NCBI GenBank assembly: GCA_029547605.1
Contig: JAKPPB010000003.1
Location: forward strand, 36,212 to 100,211
Direction: 5' to 3'
From: Methanobacteriota archaeon
GTDB lineage: Archaea > Halobacteriota > Methanomicrobia > Methanomicrobiales > Methanospirillaceae
Length of the DNA: 64,000 nt
The position numbers and the translations under genes were made by a program. Shown here one piece after another: positions 38,357 through 47,312 of this stretch. Each line of letters starts with the position of its first letter. The first letter of the stretch is position 1. The notes beneath the pieces are model-generated. The model was not told where the DNA came from, searched no databases, and saw only the letters and a program-made list of their open reading frames with translations.

Positions 38357-39889
38357 ATGAACGAGTCATTGCTGTTTGCCGAGCTCGAACGAGTGGCAGG
38401 GCCGCTCACCCCCCTGCAGAGGATCCTCCTCGGGACCGACGGATCGGTGACAAGGATCCTCGAACTTGCGACTGGAGCCCCGGTCACCATCACCACTCTT
38501 TTGCAGACAGTGGAGGCGGCAAGCCCGCAGGTAGCAGAGATGCTGGCCGTTCCATCGGGCCAGGAGGTCAACCACCGCATCGTGGAACTGAAGAATACGC
38601 GTTCCGGTGAGACTCTTATCTATGCGGAGTCCTACACGCCACTCTCCCGACTTTCATCGTCATTCCGGGAGGACCTGATGCGTGCAGATATCCCGATCGG
38701 GAAGATCCTCGAGCAGCACCAGTTAGAGACGAGGAGGGAGATCGTGAAGATGTCTGCCGGCCAGAGGCCGGCGCCCGTCGCCGCATCATTCGGGCTCTCG
38801 GGCAAGCCAAGGTTCCTCTCCCGGCAGTACCGCATCATCCACCAGGAGCACCCCCTGATCCATATCGAGGAGATCTTCCCCGTCTCGCTCTTTTCAGGAG
38901 AGACAAGGGTGGTGATCGACGCACCGTCAAGGCTGCACCTGGGGCTCGTCGACATGAACGGATCGCTCGGGAGGATTGACGGTGGAATAGGACTTGCACT
39001 CGACGAGCCCCGACTCGTTGTCTCTGCAAGGCGGAGCGAGACGTTTCTTGTGGAAGGCGGCGACGCGGACGCACGGGAGAGAGTACTTGCGGCGGCAAGG
39101 TCGGTTTCGGGCTCACTCAACCTCCCCGGCGCCGCAGAGTTCACTATCCAGGCGCAATTCCCCGGCCACGCAGGCCTCGGCAGGGGGACTCAACTCGCTC
39201 TCTCGGCTGCGTGCGCACTCTGCCGCCTCTACGGGCAGGAATGGACTGCCAGGGACCTGGCGCGCATGACCGGGAGGGGGGGGACTTCTGGGATCGGGAC
39301 CGCGTCCTTTGGAGCCGGGGGTTTCATTATCGACGGTGGACACTCGTTTGGAGCACACCTTGACAAGACTGCGTTCCTCCCTTCTTCCGCCTCGCAGGGG
39401 GTCCGTCCACCCGAAGTGATCCTCCGGCGCGATTTTCCGGAGGCCTGGAAGATCATGCTGGTTATCCCTGACATCCCCCCGGGAGCGAGCGGGAGAGCCG
39501 AGAGAGATCTCTTTCTGCGTCACTGCCCGGTGCCGCTCGAGGAGGTGCGCGAACTCTGCCACCTGGCGATGGTGTCCCTCCTCCCGGGACTTGCAGAAGA
39601 GGATCTTGACCTTTTTGGATCTGCCTTAAACAGGATGCAGGAACTCGGGTTCAAGAGAGTAGAGAACCAGTTGCAGCCTTCCCGGGTCGCGGACCTCATG
39701 GAGGCAATGCGGGATGCCGGTGCTGCGGCTGCGGGGCTGAGTTCGTTCGGTCCCACGGTATACGCCATTGGAGAGGGGCGCATGCAGGACGTGGAGAGTG
39801 CCGCCAGGGAGATCCTCCCCACACTCGGGGGCGGACGCATGCTTCTCACCAGGGCCAGGAATTCCGGGGCGGAGGTCACCGTCGCATGA
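38357..39889 (+). CDS. fusion protein: DUF98/chorismate-lyase-like N-domain plus beta-ribofuranosylaminobenzene 5'-phosphate (RFA-P) synthase
   Basis: The N-terminus, 'LTPLQRILLGTDGSVTRILE', is DUF98/UbiC-like. From about residue 190, 'VVIDAPSRLHLGLVDMNGSLGRIDGGIGLAL' and 'GGTSGIGTASFGAGGFIIDGG' are GHMP-like RFA-P synthase motifs. Confidence 0.75.
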   Translation: MNESLLFAELERVAGPLTPLQRILLGTDGSVTRILELATGAPVTITTLLQTVEAASPQVAEMLAVPSGQEVNHRIVELKNTRSGETLIYAESYTPLSRLSSSFREDLMRADIPIGKILEQHQLETRREIVKMSAGQRPAPVAASFGLSGKPRFLSRQYRIIHQEHPLIHIEEIFPVSLFSGETRVVIDAPSRLHLGLVDMNGSLGRIDGGIGLALDEPRLVVSARRSETFLVEGGDADARERVLAAARSVSGSLNLPGAAEFTIQAQFPGHAGLGRGTQLALSAACALCRLYGQEWTARDLARMTGRGGTSGIGTASFGAGGFIIDGGHSFGAHLDKTAFLPSSASQGVRPPEVILRRDFPEAWKIMLVIPDIPPGASGRAERDLFLRHCPVPLEEVRELCHLAMVSLLPGLAEEDLDLFGSALNRMQELGFKRVENQLQPSRVADLMEAMRDAGAAAAGLSSFGPTVYAIGEGRMQDVESAAREILPTLGGGRMLLTRARNSGAEVTVA

Positions 39890-39953
39890 CCTCTCCTGCC
39901 ATGGCAACGAGGGGAGGCACTTTCATTAGAATGTGCCGCGCTAGTATGGTACT

Positions 39954-40448
39954 ATGAGCGGGCCAAGGACACTCACCATCGGGATCACGGTGAACCTGGA
40001 GCACTACGAGAACCTCCGCCTTGAAGTGAACGGGGAGGTGAAGGACCTGGGGGATGCCCGCGACCTTGCCAGGTTTCTCTCCGACGTGCTCGGGACCTAC
40101 GGTCGCGGCGACCCGGCAACTGCCGAGAGGATAGAGAGCTTCCGCCGACGTGTCCTCCCTCATGCCGGCGGGCAGCACGACCTGGTCCCAGAAATTCCCG
40201 GAAGGGGGGGGGAGGGCGTGACGGCATGCGCCGCGCCTGTCTCATCGCCCGCTCAGGCAGAAGAGACCGCGGTACCATCTCCCGCGCCGCCCATCCCCCC
40301 CTCACCAGTCCCTGCAGATGAGAAGGGGCCCGGACCAGGGGCCATAACCTGCGAGGAATGCGGTGCACCAATGAACATGGCGGAGCAGAAGATGAGTATG
40401 CTCTTTGCAAGCAGGGTCCTGTGCAGGAAATGCCTCAAAAAGGTATGA
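39954..40448 (+). CDS. hypothetical protein with Pro-rich linker and C-terminal zinc-ribbon
   Basis: 164 aa with the C-terminal 'CEECGAPMN...CRKC'. I recognise no family. Confidence 0.45.
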   Translation: MSGPRTLTIGITVNLEHYENLRLEVNGEVKDLGDARDLARFLSDVLGTYGRGDPATAERIESFRRRVLPHAGGQHDLVPEIPGRGGEGVTACAAPVSSPAQAEETAVPSPAPPIPPSPVPADEKGPGPGAITCEECGAPMNMAEQKMSMLFASRVLCRKCLKKV

Positions 40449-40491
40449 CGAGGGGGATCGCGTTGAACCGGATACAGAAGGTGTTGCCCTG

Positions 40492-41616
40492 GTGAAAAAG
40501 AACCTCCTGATGTGGGATGAGACCCTCTTTCGTGACCCGGAGGTGTTTGAGATCGATTACGTCCCCGAGCAGTTCAATTTCCGGGAGACACAGATGCGCG
40601 AGCTCGCGTTCCAGATCAGGCCGGGACTGCGGGGAGGCCGGCCCCTCAACACCATCTGCCGCGGCCTCCCCGGGACGGGCAAGACCACCAGCGTGAAGAA
40701 GCTCTTTGCAGAGATAGAGGAGACCACGAAGAGACTCGTCCCCATCCATGTCAACTGCCAGATCGACAACACCAAGTTCGCCATATTCTCCCAGATCTAC
40801 CGGAGGCTCTCGGGCCATCTGCCCCCCTCGTCAGGGACTTCTTTCAAGCAGGTCTTCGATGCGATCGCGAGGATCCTTGCAAAGGAGGAGCAGGTACTTC
40901 TGGTGGCACTCGATGACGCCAACTATCTCCTCTACGAGAACGAGATAAACAAGGTGCTCTACACGCTCCTCCGCTCTCACGAGGCGTATCCCGGGACGAG
41001 AGTGGGAGTGATCATGATCGTCAGCGACATGGACGTGGACATCGCGCGGGAGGTTGATGCGCGGGTATCCTCGGTCTTCCGCCCGACAGAGATCTACTTC
41101 CCTCCCTACACGATGGAGGAGGTAAAAAGCATCATCAGCGAACGGGTGATGCAGGGGCTCTACCCAGGATGCCTGCCGCCCCCAATGTTCGATCTCGTGG
41201 TCGAGCAGACCCAGAAGAGCGGGGACCTGAGAGTGGGAGTCGACCTGCTGAAACGGGCCGCACTGAACGCAGAGAAGCGGGCAAGCCGGGTGATCGAGAC
41301 GGAGGACATCTGCGGTGCCTACAAAGTTTCGCGCTACCTTCACCTGGCATACTCGGTGAAGTCCCTCAAGGCAGAGGAGAAAGCCCTGCTCCTCACACTT
41401 GCCACCCATGCCGGCGAAGGAGGGGAAATGAATGCAGGGGAGGTCTACAAGGCGGTAAAAGATGAGTCCGGAGTCGGCTACACACGCTTCTACGAGATAG
41501 TCAAAAAGTTCGACGCGATGCGACTCGTGAACCTGGAATACCGCGACGGGAAAGGCCGCACGAGGGTGATCAGCCTGAGATACGACCCGGCAAGAATAAT
41601 TGAATATCTCTCCTGA
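40492..41616 (+). CDS. cdc6: Orc1/Cdc6 replication initiator
   Basis: 'LFRDPEVFEIDYVPEQFNFRETQMREL', Walker A 'GLPGTGKTT', Walker B 'LVALDDANYL' and a C-terminal winged-helix region are present. GTG 40492 is chosen as the start by N-terminal length. ATG alternatives are at 40405 and 40510. Confidence 0.9.
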   Translation: MKKNLLMWDETLFRDPEVFEIDYVPEQFNFRETQMRELAFQIRPGLRGGRPLNTICRGLPGTGKTTSVKKLFAEIEETTKRLVPIHVNCQIDNTKFAIFSQIYRRLSGHLPPSSGTSFKQVFDAIARILAKEEQVLLVALDDANYLLYENEINKVLYTLLRSHEAYPGTRVGVIMIVSDMDVDIAREVDARVSSVFRPTEIYFPPYTMEEVKSIISERVMQGLYPGCLPPPMFDLVVEQTQKSGDLRVGVDLLKRAALNAEKRASRVIETEDICGAYKVSRYLHLAYSVKSLKAEEKALLLTLATHAGEGGEMNAGEVYKAVKDESGVGYTRFYEIVKKFDAMRLVNLEYRDGKGRTRVISLRYDPARIIEYLS

Positions 41617-41670
41617 TCTTTTTATAAAACGATCATTTGATAACTCTTATCACTTCTGCTGCTATGTTCT

Positions 41671-42636
41671 ATGGTAAAGGGGGTACTCCACGTGCTCAGT
41701 GTAAACGAACTTGCTTTAGAGATTTTTGAAAACCTGGCGGAATACGCCGAAGAATTCAACGCTGCATACCATGAACTTGATAACGGCGCACGGATCATCG
41801 ATTGCGGGGTAAGCACCCGGGGAGGGTATGCGGCCGGCCGCGCCTTCACCGAGATCTGCATGGGAGGACTTGGAGAGGTCAATTTCAGGATGGCCAACAT
41901 CAAGGATTTCCCTATTCCTTTCATCGATGTGTTCACAGACTTTCCCTCCATCTCCTGCCTCGGCGCACAGAAAGCAGGATGGACGATCAAGCACAACAAC
42001 TACTTCGCCATGGGCAGTGGTCCTGCGAGGGCTCTCCCCCTCAAGCCCAAGCACACCTACGAAGTGATCGAGTATGAGGACGACTTTGACTCGGCTGTCA
42101 TCGCCCTCGAGAGCGACCACCTTCCCAACGGAGAGGTCATGGAGAAGATCGCAGAGGACTGTCATATCGACGTGAGCAACGTCTGCGCCGTGGTTGCCCC
42201 GACGGCCTCAATCGTGGGTTCCATACAGGTCGCCGGTCGTTGCGTGGAAACTGCCATATACAAGCTGAACGAGCTCCACTTTGACACCCGTAAGGTCGTC
42301 GCGGCATTCGGATGCGCACCCCTTCCCCCGGTCCGGGGCCCAAAGCTCGCGATGGGTGTGACAAACGACGCCACCATCTACCATGGAAGGATCATGCTGA
42401 CAATAAAGGCACCCGAGATCAAGGACTACCTTGAGAAGATCCCAAGCAACAAGTCGAAGGGGTACGGAAAGCCCTTCAACGAGATCTTCAAGGAGGCAGG
42501 ATATGACTTCTACAAGATCGATACATCCCTCTTTTCCCCCGCCGAAGTCGTGATCAACGAGATCTCACAAGGCGTGGTCTACCACTGCGGCGCCGTAAAC
42601 CCTGACGTGACGCTCAAGTCGTTCGGGCTTATCTAA
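41671..42636 (+). CDS. mch: methenyltetrahydromethanopterin cyclohydrolase
   Basis: 'LSVNELALEIFENL...ARIIDCGV...GGYAAG..FTEICMGGLG' and the 321-aa length fit Mch. Confidence 0.9.
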   Translation: MVKGVLHVLSVNELALEIFENLAEYAEEFNAAYHELDNGARIIDCGVSTRGGYAAGRAFTEICMGGLGEVNFRMANIKDFPIPFIDVFTDFPSISCLGAQKAGWTIKHNNYFAMGSGPARALPLKPKHTYEVIEYEDDFDSAVIALESDHLPNGEVMEKIAEDCHIDVSNVCAVVAPTASIVGSIQVAGRCVETAIYKLNELHFDTRKVVAAFGCAPLPPVRGPKLAMGVTNDATIYHGRIMLTIKAPEIKDYLEKIPSNKSKGYGKPFNEIFKEAGYDFYKIDTSLFSPAEVVINEISQGVVYHCGAVNPDVTLKSFGLI

Positions 42637-42731
42637 CCTTTGCCCCTTTTTATACCTGGGCGCATTTTCATTGCAGCGTTCCATAAATGTACAGTGTACC
42701 TGTGACGTGCCGGAAGAAAGACTGTTGACGC

Positions 42732-43409
42732 ATGCCAAGGTACACCTCATACATGGCTGCACCACGTGAGGCATGGAATGCCGACTATGCAATGAGAGGG
42801 CATCGATGGGCAGGGTATTCGTGGGGTATTCCTGCACTGTCTTCACATGACAGGGTACTTGATGTCGGGTGCGGAAACGGAAAGACCATCCTTTCCATGA
42901 CAGGAGCGCACCCATTGTCTCCCGGGAGGGGATCAGGAAGCCCTGATATTGTCGGGCTTGATTTCTCTCTTGCCGCCATTCGGCTCTGTTCCCAGAACAC
43001 CCGTGGGAAGACCAATATCCACCTTGTATATGGAGACGGATCCTGTATGCCATTTTCTGATTCTTCCTTTGATTATGTACTCCTCTTTCATGTGCTGGGT
43101 CATGCCTGTCTCCGTTCAAGAAAAATGATATGCACTGAGGCAGGCAGGGTAGCCAGGGTGGGGGGACGTGTGATAATCAGGGTATTTTCAACCCGCGATT
43201 TCCGATCCGGGAAGGGGAAAGAGATCGAAGATATGACTTTCCTCCGCGGGGATGGTATTTTCACGCATTATTTCACCATTCCCGAGATCACCGACCTCAA
43301 TCCCGGGCTCTCAGCCTTATCCGTTGGGACCTCAACATGGACCCTCAAAGTGCGGGGGAATACTCTTGAACGGGAAGAGATCTATGCAATTTTTCAAAAA
43401 ACCACATGA
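42732..43409 (+). CDS. class I SAM-dependent methyltransferase
   Basis: Motif I is 'VLDVGCGNGK' and post-I is 'GLDFS'. An acidic loop 'YGDGSCMPFSDSSFDYV' follows. Confidence 0.75.
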   Translation: MPRYTSYMAAPREAWNADYAMRGHRWAGYSWGIPALSSHDRVLDVGCGNGKTILSMTGAHPLSPGRGSGSPDIVGLDFSLAAIRLCSQNTRGKTNIHLVYGDGSCMPFSDSSFDYVLLFHVLGHACLRSRKMICTEAGRVARVGGRVIIRVFSTRDFRSGKGKEIEDMTFLRGDGIFTHYFTIPEITDLNPGLSALSVGTSTWTLKVRGNTLEREEIYAIFQKTT

Positions 43410-43606
43410 TTCGCTTCGTAACGCACGCATGAAAAATGGGTATGGCGAAGGCATTTTCATTCGAAACACAGCCCCTGGTCCATGTTATCTGAAAACCTCT
43501 GTATAGTACCAAAATCACCGTTCCTGTGAACTCCTCATGACCAGTCAATTGAAGTGCCGGGAGCTGGCAAGAGGGGTCCCCCCTCTTCATCATCAGGAAA
43601 TCTCGC

Positions 43607-43981
43607 TCATCCTTCCACTAGTCTCTCATCGTTTGCCTGCCACTTCGGCGCAACAATGCAGAGGAAAATGAGATCCTCACGACCGGTATTCCGGATATAC
43701 TGCCTGGAACCCGGCGGTATCATGACTATCTGCCCTCTCTGGACTGTTGAACACTCGTTCTCGATATGCATCTCTCCATGCCCGCTCAGGATGTAATAGA
43801 GTTCAGTGGATTTCTTCAGCACGTGCGGAAGGGATTCCTCTCCTACCGGGACGATGGCGTGAGCAATGCTGCATGGAAGGCCTGATGCTCCTGGAACCTT
43901 GTCAGGATGTAAGAGTTCGCAAAGCATTGTCCGGTCAAGGACGCGTTCATGGGGGCAGTTGGTTATATCACGGATGATCAA
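43607..43981 (-). CDS. cupin-domain protein
   Basis: 124 aa with 'HVLKKSTELYYILSGHGEMHIE' and 'IPPGSRQYIRNTG', which are cupin motifs 1 and 2. Confidence 0.65.
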   Translation of the reverse strand: MIIRDITNCPHERVLDRTMLCELLHPDKVPGASGLPCSIAHAIVPVGEESLPHVLKKSTELYYILSGHGEMHIENECSTVQRGQIVMIPPGSRQYIRNTGREDLIFLCIVAPKWQANDERLVEG

Positions 43982-44313
43982 GGGATTTCACCACCATGTG
44001 ATAGTTATTCCATCCCTCTGAAACTATTGATAATAGCACTATTTTCCTCCCTTATCATGGAGGAATGGGAAGATGGATGTGCCACCGGTCCATAAATGTG
44101 GAGTCCTCCCCGGATCCTGCTCACTGAATGGCATTTTTTTTACAATGAAATCCTATTCGCCACCGAAACGTGACTTTCCATCAACTGTATCCCTTTCGAT
44201 CGTTGGTGAATCTTGATGCCGGCGGCATTTGCAGGACATTTTTCCCGGGGCAAATCGGTTCAAATCCGATGGATGAGTTTAATACCCACACCGTTGAATC
44301 TTTCTGGCAAATC

Positions 44314-44387
44314 GGGCCCGTGGTCTAGTCGGTTATGACGTCGCCCTTACACGGCGGAGGTCGCCGGTTCGAATCCGGCCGGGCCCA
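44314..44387 (+). tRNA. tRNA-Val (anticodon UAC)
   Basis: The cloverleaf was folded by hand. The acceptor is GGGCCCG/CGGGCCC, the D-arm GTC..GAC, the anticodon stem TCGCC/GGCGG with loop CT-TAC-AC, and the T-arm GCCGG-TTCGAAT-CCGGC with discriminator A. No CCA is encoded, and a T5 run follows 8 nt downstream. Confidence 0.9.
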
Positions 44388-44491
44388 CTGGAATATTTTT
44401 CATCTCCCCTTCGTTACGTGTGCTGAAAACAAACGGGGAATATACTGATGGATAATCAGTCAGAAAACAGCCTTGTATCAATGATTATTTA

Positions 44492-44679
44492 GGCCCTTCG
44501 CTATCTGGTGTGGGTAGGATTGGTGAACCGGACACATATTGTGGGGCTATCCGCCCCCACACCCTCACATGCGATGCACGCCGCCGCCCCGGAAGGACCC
44601 CCGGCGGCGGTTCAGTGACTGAATTGATATGCAGATAACACCCTGGATTCAGCCTCCCCACACAAAACAGCGAGGAGGC
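44492..44679 (+). mobile_element. MITE-like element, copy B (8-bp target-site duplication ATTATTTA)
   Basis: ATTATTTA at 44484-44491 and at 44680-44687 directly flanks the element. By hand alignment it is about 93% identical to copy C. The TIRs match at 18 of 23 positions (GGCCCTTCGCTATCTGGTGTGGG versus reverse complement GCCTCCTCGCTGTTTTGTGTGGG). Confidence 0.8.
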
Positions 44680-45590
44680 ATTATTTAAGAACCAGGAGTT
44701 CGCGGGAGGAAGCCCTGTGCAGGGGTAGCGTTATATACGATATAACATATCTGCGCGAAGTCCCAGGGTTATATCGGGTCTTCTCTCTCATCTCCTATGC
44801 AGGACTCCATTCAGATGTTCCCATGCCGGGGCATAGCGATACCAGGTAATAAAAGGAGATGATTGCCTTGCCCCATCTACTCCATGACTGGCAATACCTT
44901 GTGGCTGCACCAATTGTCAGACACCTCTCAGTCGCCTCTTCAATGCACTCCTTATGACAATCCTTAAATAGTAGAAACTGCGGCACCACACAGTTTTTCA
45001 TGAAAAAAAAGTCCCCGATTATGCGTTCCATGGAGAATCGGTCTCCTCACTCTGCCTGAAATGATGAGAAGAGCGAATTTTGGCGTTCGTAAAAATCCCA
45101 ATTAAATTGCTTTTTTATTGTTTTTAAACCCAGAATAAGGTTTTTTGCACTTGAATGACCATAAGGCTCCCGATTGGCGATTCGGTCGTAAAGCGTCAGA
45201 CGCGTGCCAAAAGCGACCCGAAATAATCACTTTGAACGATGTAATTTATATACAAGAAGATGAAATGGATTTTTTGGTGCACCGTTCAGCGGGCGACGCC
45301 TGCCTGAAAAAGCACTATACAATCAAGGTGGCATCAATATAGGCAGTACTCCAGGCTTTCCATTGCGGGGCGCTTCTCGGTACACCAGAATGAGATATCA
45401 CATTGTGATAAAAAAGGTATCGGATCGCATCGGGCAGCCCGCCCCGGTGCAATCCAGGTCATGCGACGATTGCACCTTTTTTGAGAAATAATCCCTGTAT
45501 TGCCATTCCTTTGGGGATCCTCCCTTTCCTGCCGGCTCGTAATGAAGGTTCACCGGAGGAGAGGGGACGTAAGAGGGTGACCCTCTCACA

Positions 45591-46169
45591 TCACTTCTTT
45601 ACGATCTCTTCCAGTGTGATCGTGAAGACGAGGTCCTTTCCTGCCAGGGGATGGTTCTGGTCGATGGTGGTTGATTGCTCGGAAATATTGTAAAAAGTGT
45701 AGTGCACGACGATATTGCCGGGAAACGTATATTCAAAGACCGGCTCCATCCCCGGGAAGAGACGGACGCGGCTCGTTCCCATCCTGTCCAGGTTCTGGAT
45801 GAACGCCAGTGCGGTGGCGGTATCGACTTCTCTCACCAATGTCTCGTTCCTGAGCCCGTACCCGTCCTCCGGAGAGACCGTCACAGTCTTTGTTTCACCC
45901 GGATGCATCCCGATCAATGCCTGGTCGAACCCCCGGATGACAGTCCCGTCACCGACTGTAAACTCCAGTGGGGTTCCATTCAGGTTGCCCTCGAATGGTT
46001 GAGTTCCGGGAAAAGAGACCGTGTAATAGACATGAACGGTATCTCCCCTCGCTACCCCTGAAGTGGTGCTGCACCCTGCACCAAGCACAAGAAACAGTAC
46101 AATGCAAAATGCGGCCGCGGTGAGAGGGCGTCCTCCCGGTCCTCTCACGGGGCGATCTAATCTCCTCAT
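45591..46169 (-). CDS. FKBP-type peptidyl-prolyl cis-trans isomerase with lipobox-type signal peptide
   Basis: The start is taken at 'MRRLDRPVRG...AAAFCIVLFLVLGAGCSTTSG' (lipobox LGAGC). The FKBP core is 'GDTVHVYYTVSF...FEFTVGDGTVIRGFDQALIGMHPGETK' with the end 'HPLAGKDLVFTITLEEI'. The 116-aa upstream extension in the track is not supported. Confidence 0.85.
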   Translation of the reverse strand: MRRLDRPVRGPGGRPLTAAAFCIVLFLVLGAGCSTTSGVARGDTVHVYYTVSFPGTQPFEGNLNGTPLEFTVGDGTVIRGFDQALIGMHPGETKTVTVSPEDGYGLRNETLVREVDTATALAFIQNLDRMGTSRVRLFPGMEPVFEYTFPGNIVVHYTFYNISEQSTTIDQNHPLAGKDLVFTITLEEIVKK

Positions 46170-46350
46170 ATCCTCTCCGGTTGCACCTGATCCGCCATAA
46201 TTCCTGCGGGGTCTCCCCAACGAGCGCCTGCTCGATCGCTGGGACATTCTGGAAAAAACGGCCAAGGCATTCCTGAATCGAATTGTATTTATCATGCCAA
46301 CCCTCACAATTAACAAAACGCGCCGCATGGAATGGCGCGGGGAGAGAAAG

Positions 46351-47244
46351 ATGGCAGAGAATGAATACAAGGTCGCCGATGTGGCGGGGAAGAAGGTACA
46401 GTGGGACCCTGAACAGCTCCGTAAGATACGCGAACACCCCTGCTTCTCGGAGAAGGCCTGCCATGCATTCGGGCGTTGCCACGTGCCAGTCGCACCGAAA
46501 TGTAACATCCAGTGCAATTATTGCGTAAGGGATTTTGACTGCGTGAACGAAAGCCGCCCGGGAGTCACCTCAAAGGTGCTCAATCCACAGGAGGCAGTAG
46601 AACTGGTCCGCGAGGCAATCCAGAAGTTCCCGTACATCAAGGTTGTCGGGATCGCCGGCCCCGGTGAGCCGCTTGCAAACGAAAGGACTTTTGAAACGCT
46701 CCGCCTCCTGAAGGAAGAGTTTCCAAACGTCATCAAGTGCCTGAGCACGAACGGACTTCTCCTGCCCGACAAGATTGACCTGCTCCACAAATACGATGTG
46801 GGAAACCTTACCGTCACCCTCAACGCAATCGATCCCGAGATCGGTGCAAAGATTTACCAGTTCGTGGACTACGGGGGAAAACGGTACGAGGGTGTGGAGG
46901 GTGCGAAGATACTCCTTGAGAACCAGCTGAAGGGAATAGAGATGGCAATCGCGCGCAAGATGATCGTGAAGATCAACACAGTCTACATCCCCGGCATCAA
47001 TGACACCCATATCCCAGAAATTGCGAAAAAAGCAGGGGAGATGGGAGTATACAATTTCAATGTGATCCCTCTCATCGCCCAGTACCGGTTCGCCGACATC
47101 GCGCCTCCGACACCAGAGATGAAGAGGAAGATGCAGGACGAATGCTCAAAGTACGTCCGCCAGATGAGGCACTGCCAGCGCTGCAGGTCAGATGCAATCG
47201 GCCGGCTGGGCCAGGACGTCCAGTCCTGCCTCTATCACGATTAA
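46351..47244 (+). CDS. nifB: NifB-like radical-SAM protein (short archaeal form, no NifX-like C-domain)
   Basis: 'HPCFSEKACHAFGRCHVPVAPKCNIQCNYCVRDFDCVNESRPGVTS' carries the CxxxCxxC plus NifB-specific N-terminal Cys/His. 'GIAGPGEPLAN' and 'LSTNGLLL' are present, along with the C-terminal 'CQRCRSDAIG'. Confidence 0.8.
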   Translation: MAENEYKVADVAGKKVQWDPEQLRKIREHPCFSEKACHAFGRCHVPVAPKCNIQCNYCVRDFDCVNESRPGVTSKVLNPQEAVELVREAIQKFPYIKVVGIAGPGEPLANERTFETLRLLKEEFPNVIKCLSTNGLLLPDKIDLLHKYDVGNLTVTLNAIDPEIGAKIYQFVDYGGKRYEGVEGAKILLENQLKGIEMAIARKMIVKINTVYIPGINDTHIPEIAKKAGEMGVYNFNVIPLIAQYRFADIAPPTPEMKRKMQDECSKYVRQMRHCQRCRSDAIGRLGQDVQSCLYHD

Positions 47245-47312
47245 GCGGCGATACTCATTCTCTCTCCCCTTTTTCGTTCGGCTCGGCATCTCACCGCCAC
47301 ATCCTTTTTTTT

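Noticed and set aside
39890-40491. A replication origin immediately upstream of orc1/cdc6.
   Set aside because: No ORB-like repeated boxes or extended AT-rich unwinding element are visible. The interval is GC-rich and occupied by an ORF with coding-like composition.
44254-44272. A T-arm-like sequence (ATCGG-TTCAAAT-CCGAT) 40 nt upstream of tRNA-Val, possibly a tRNA fragment marking an old integration site.
   Set aside because: No acceptor, D-arm or anticodon arms can be built around it. It does not match the adjacent tRNA-Val T-arm, and 19 nt of resemblance can arise by chance.
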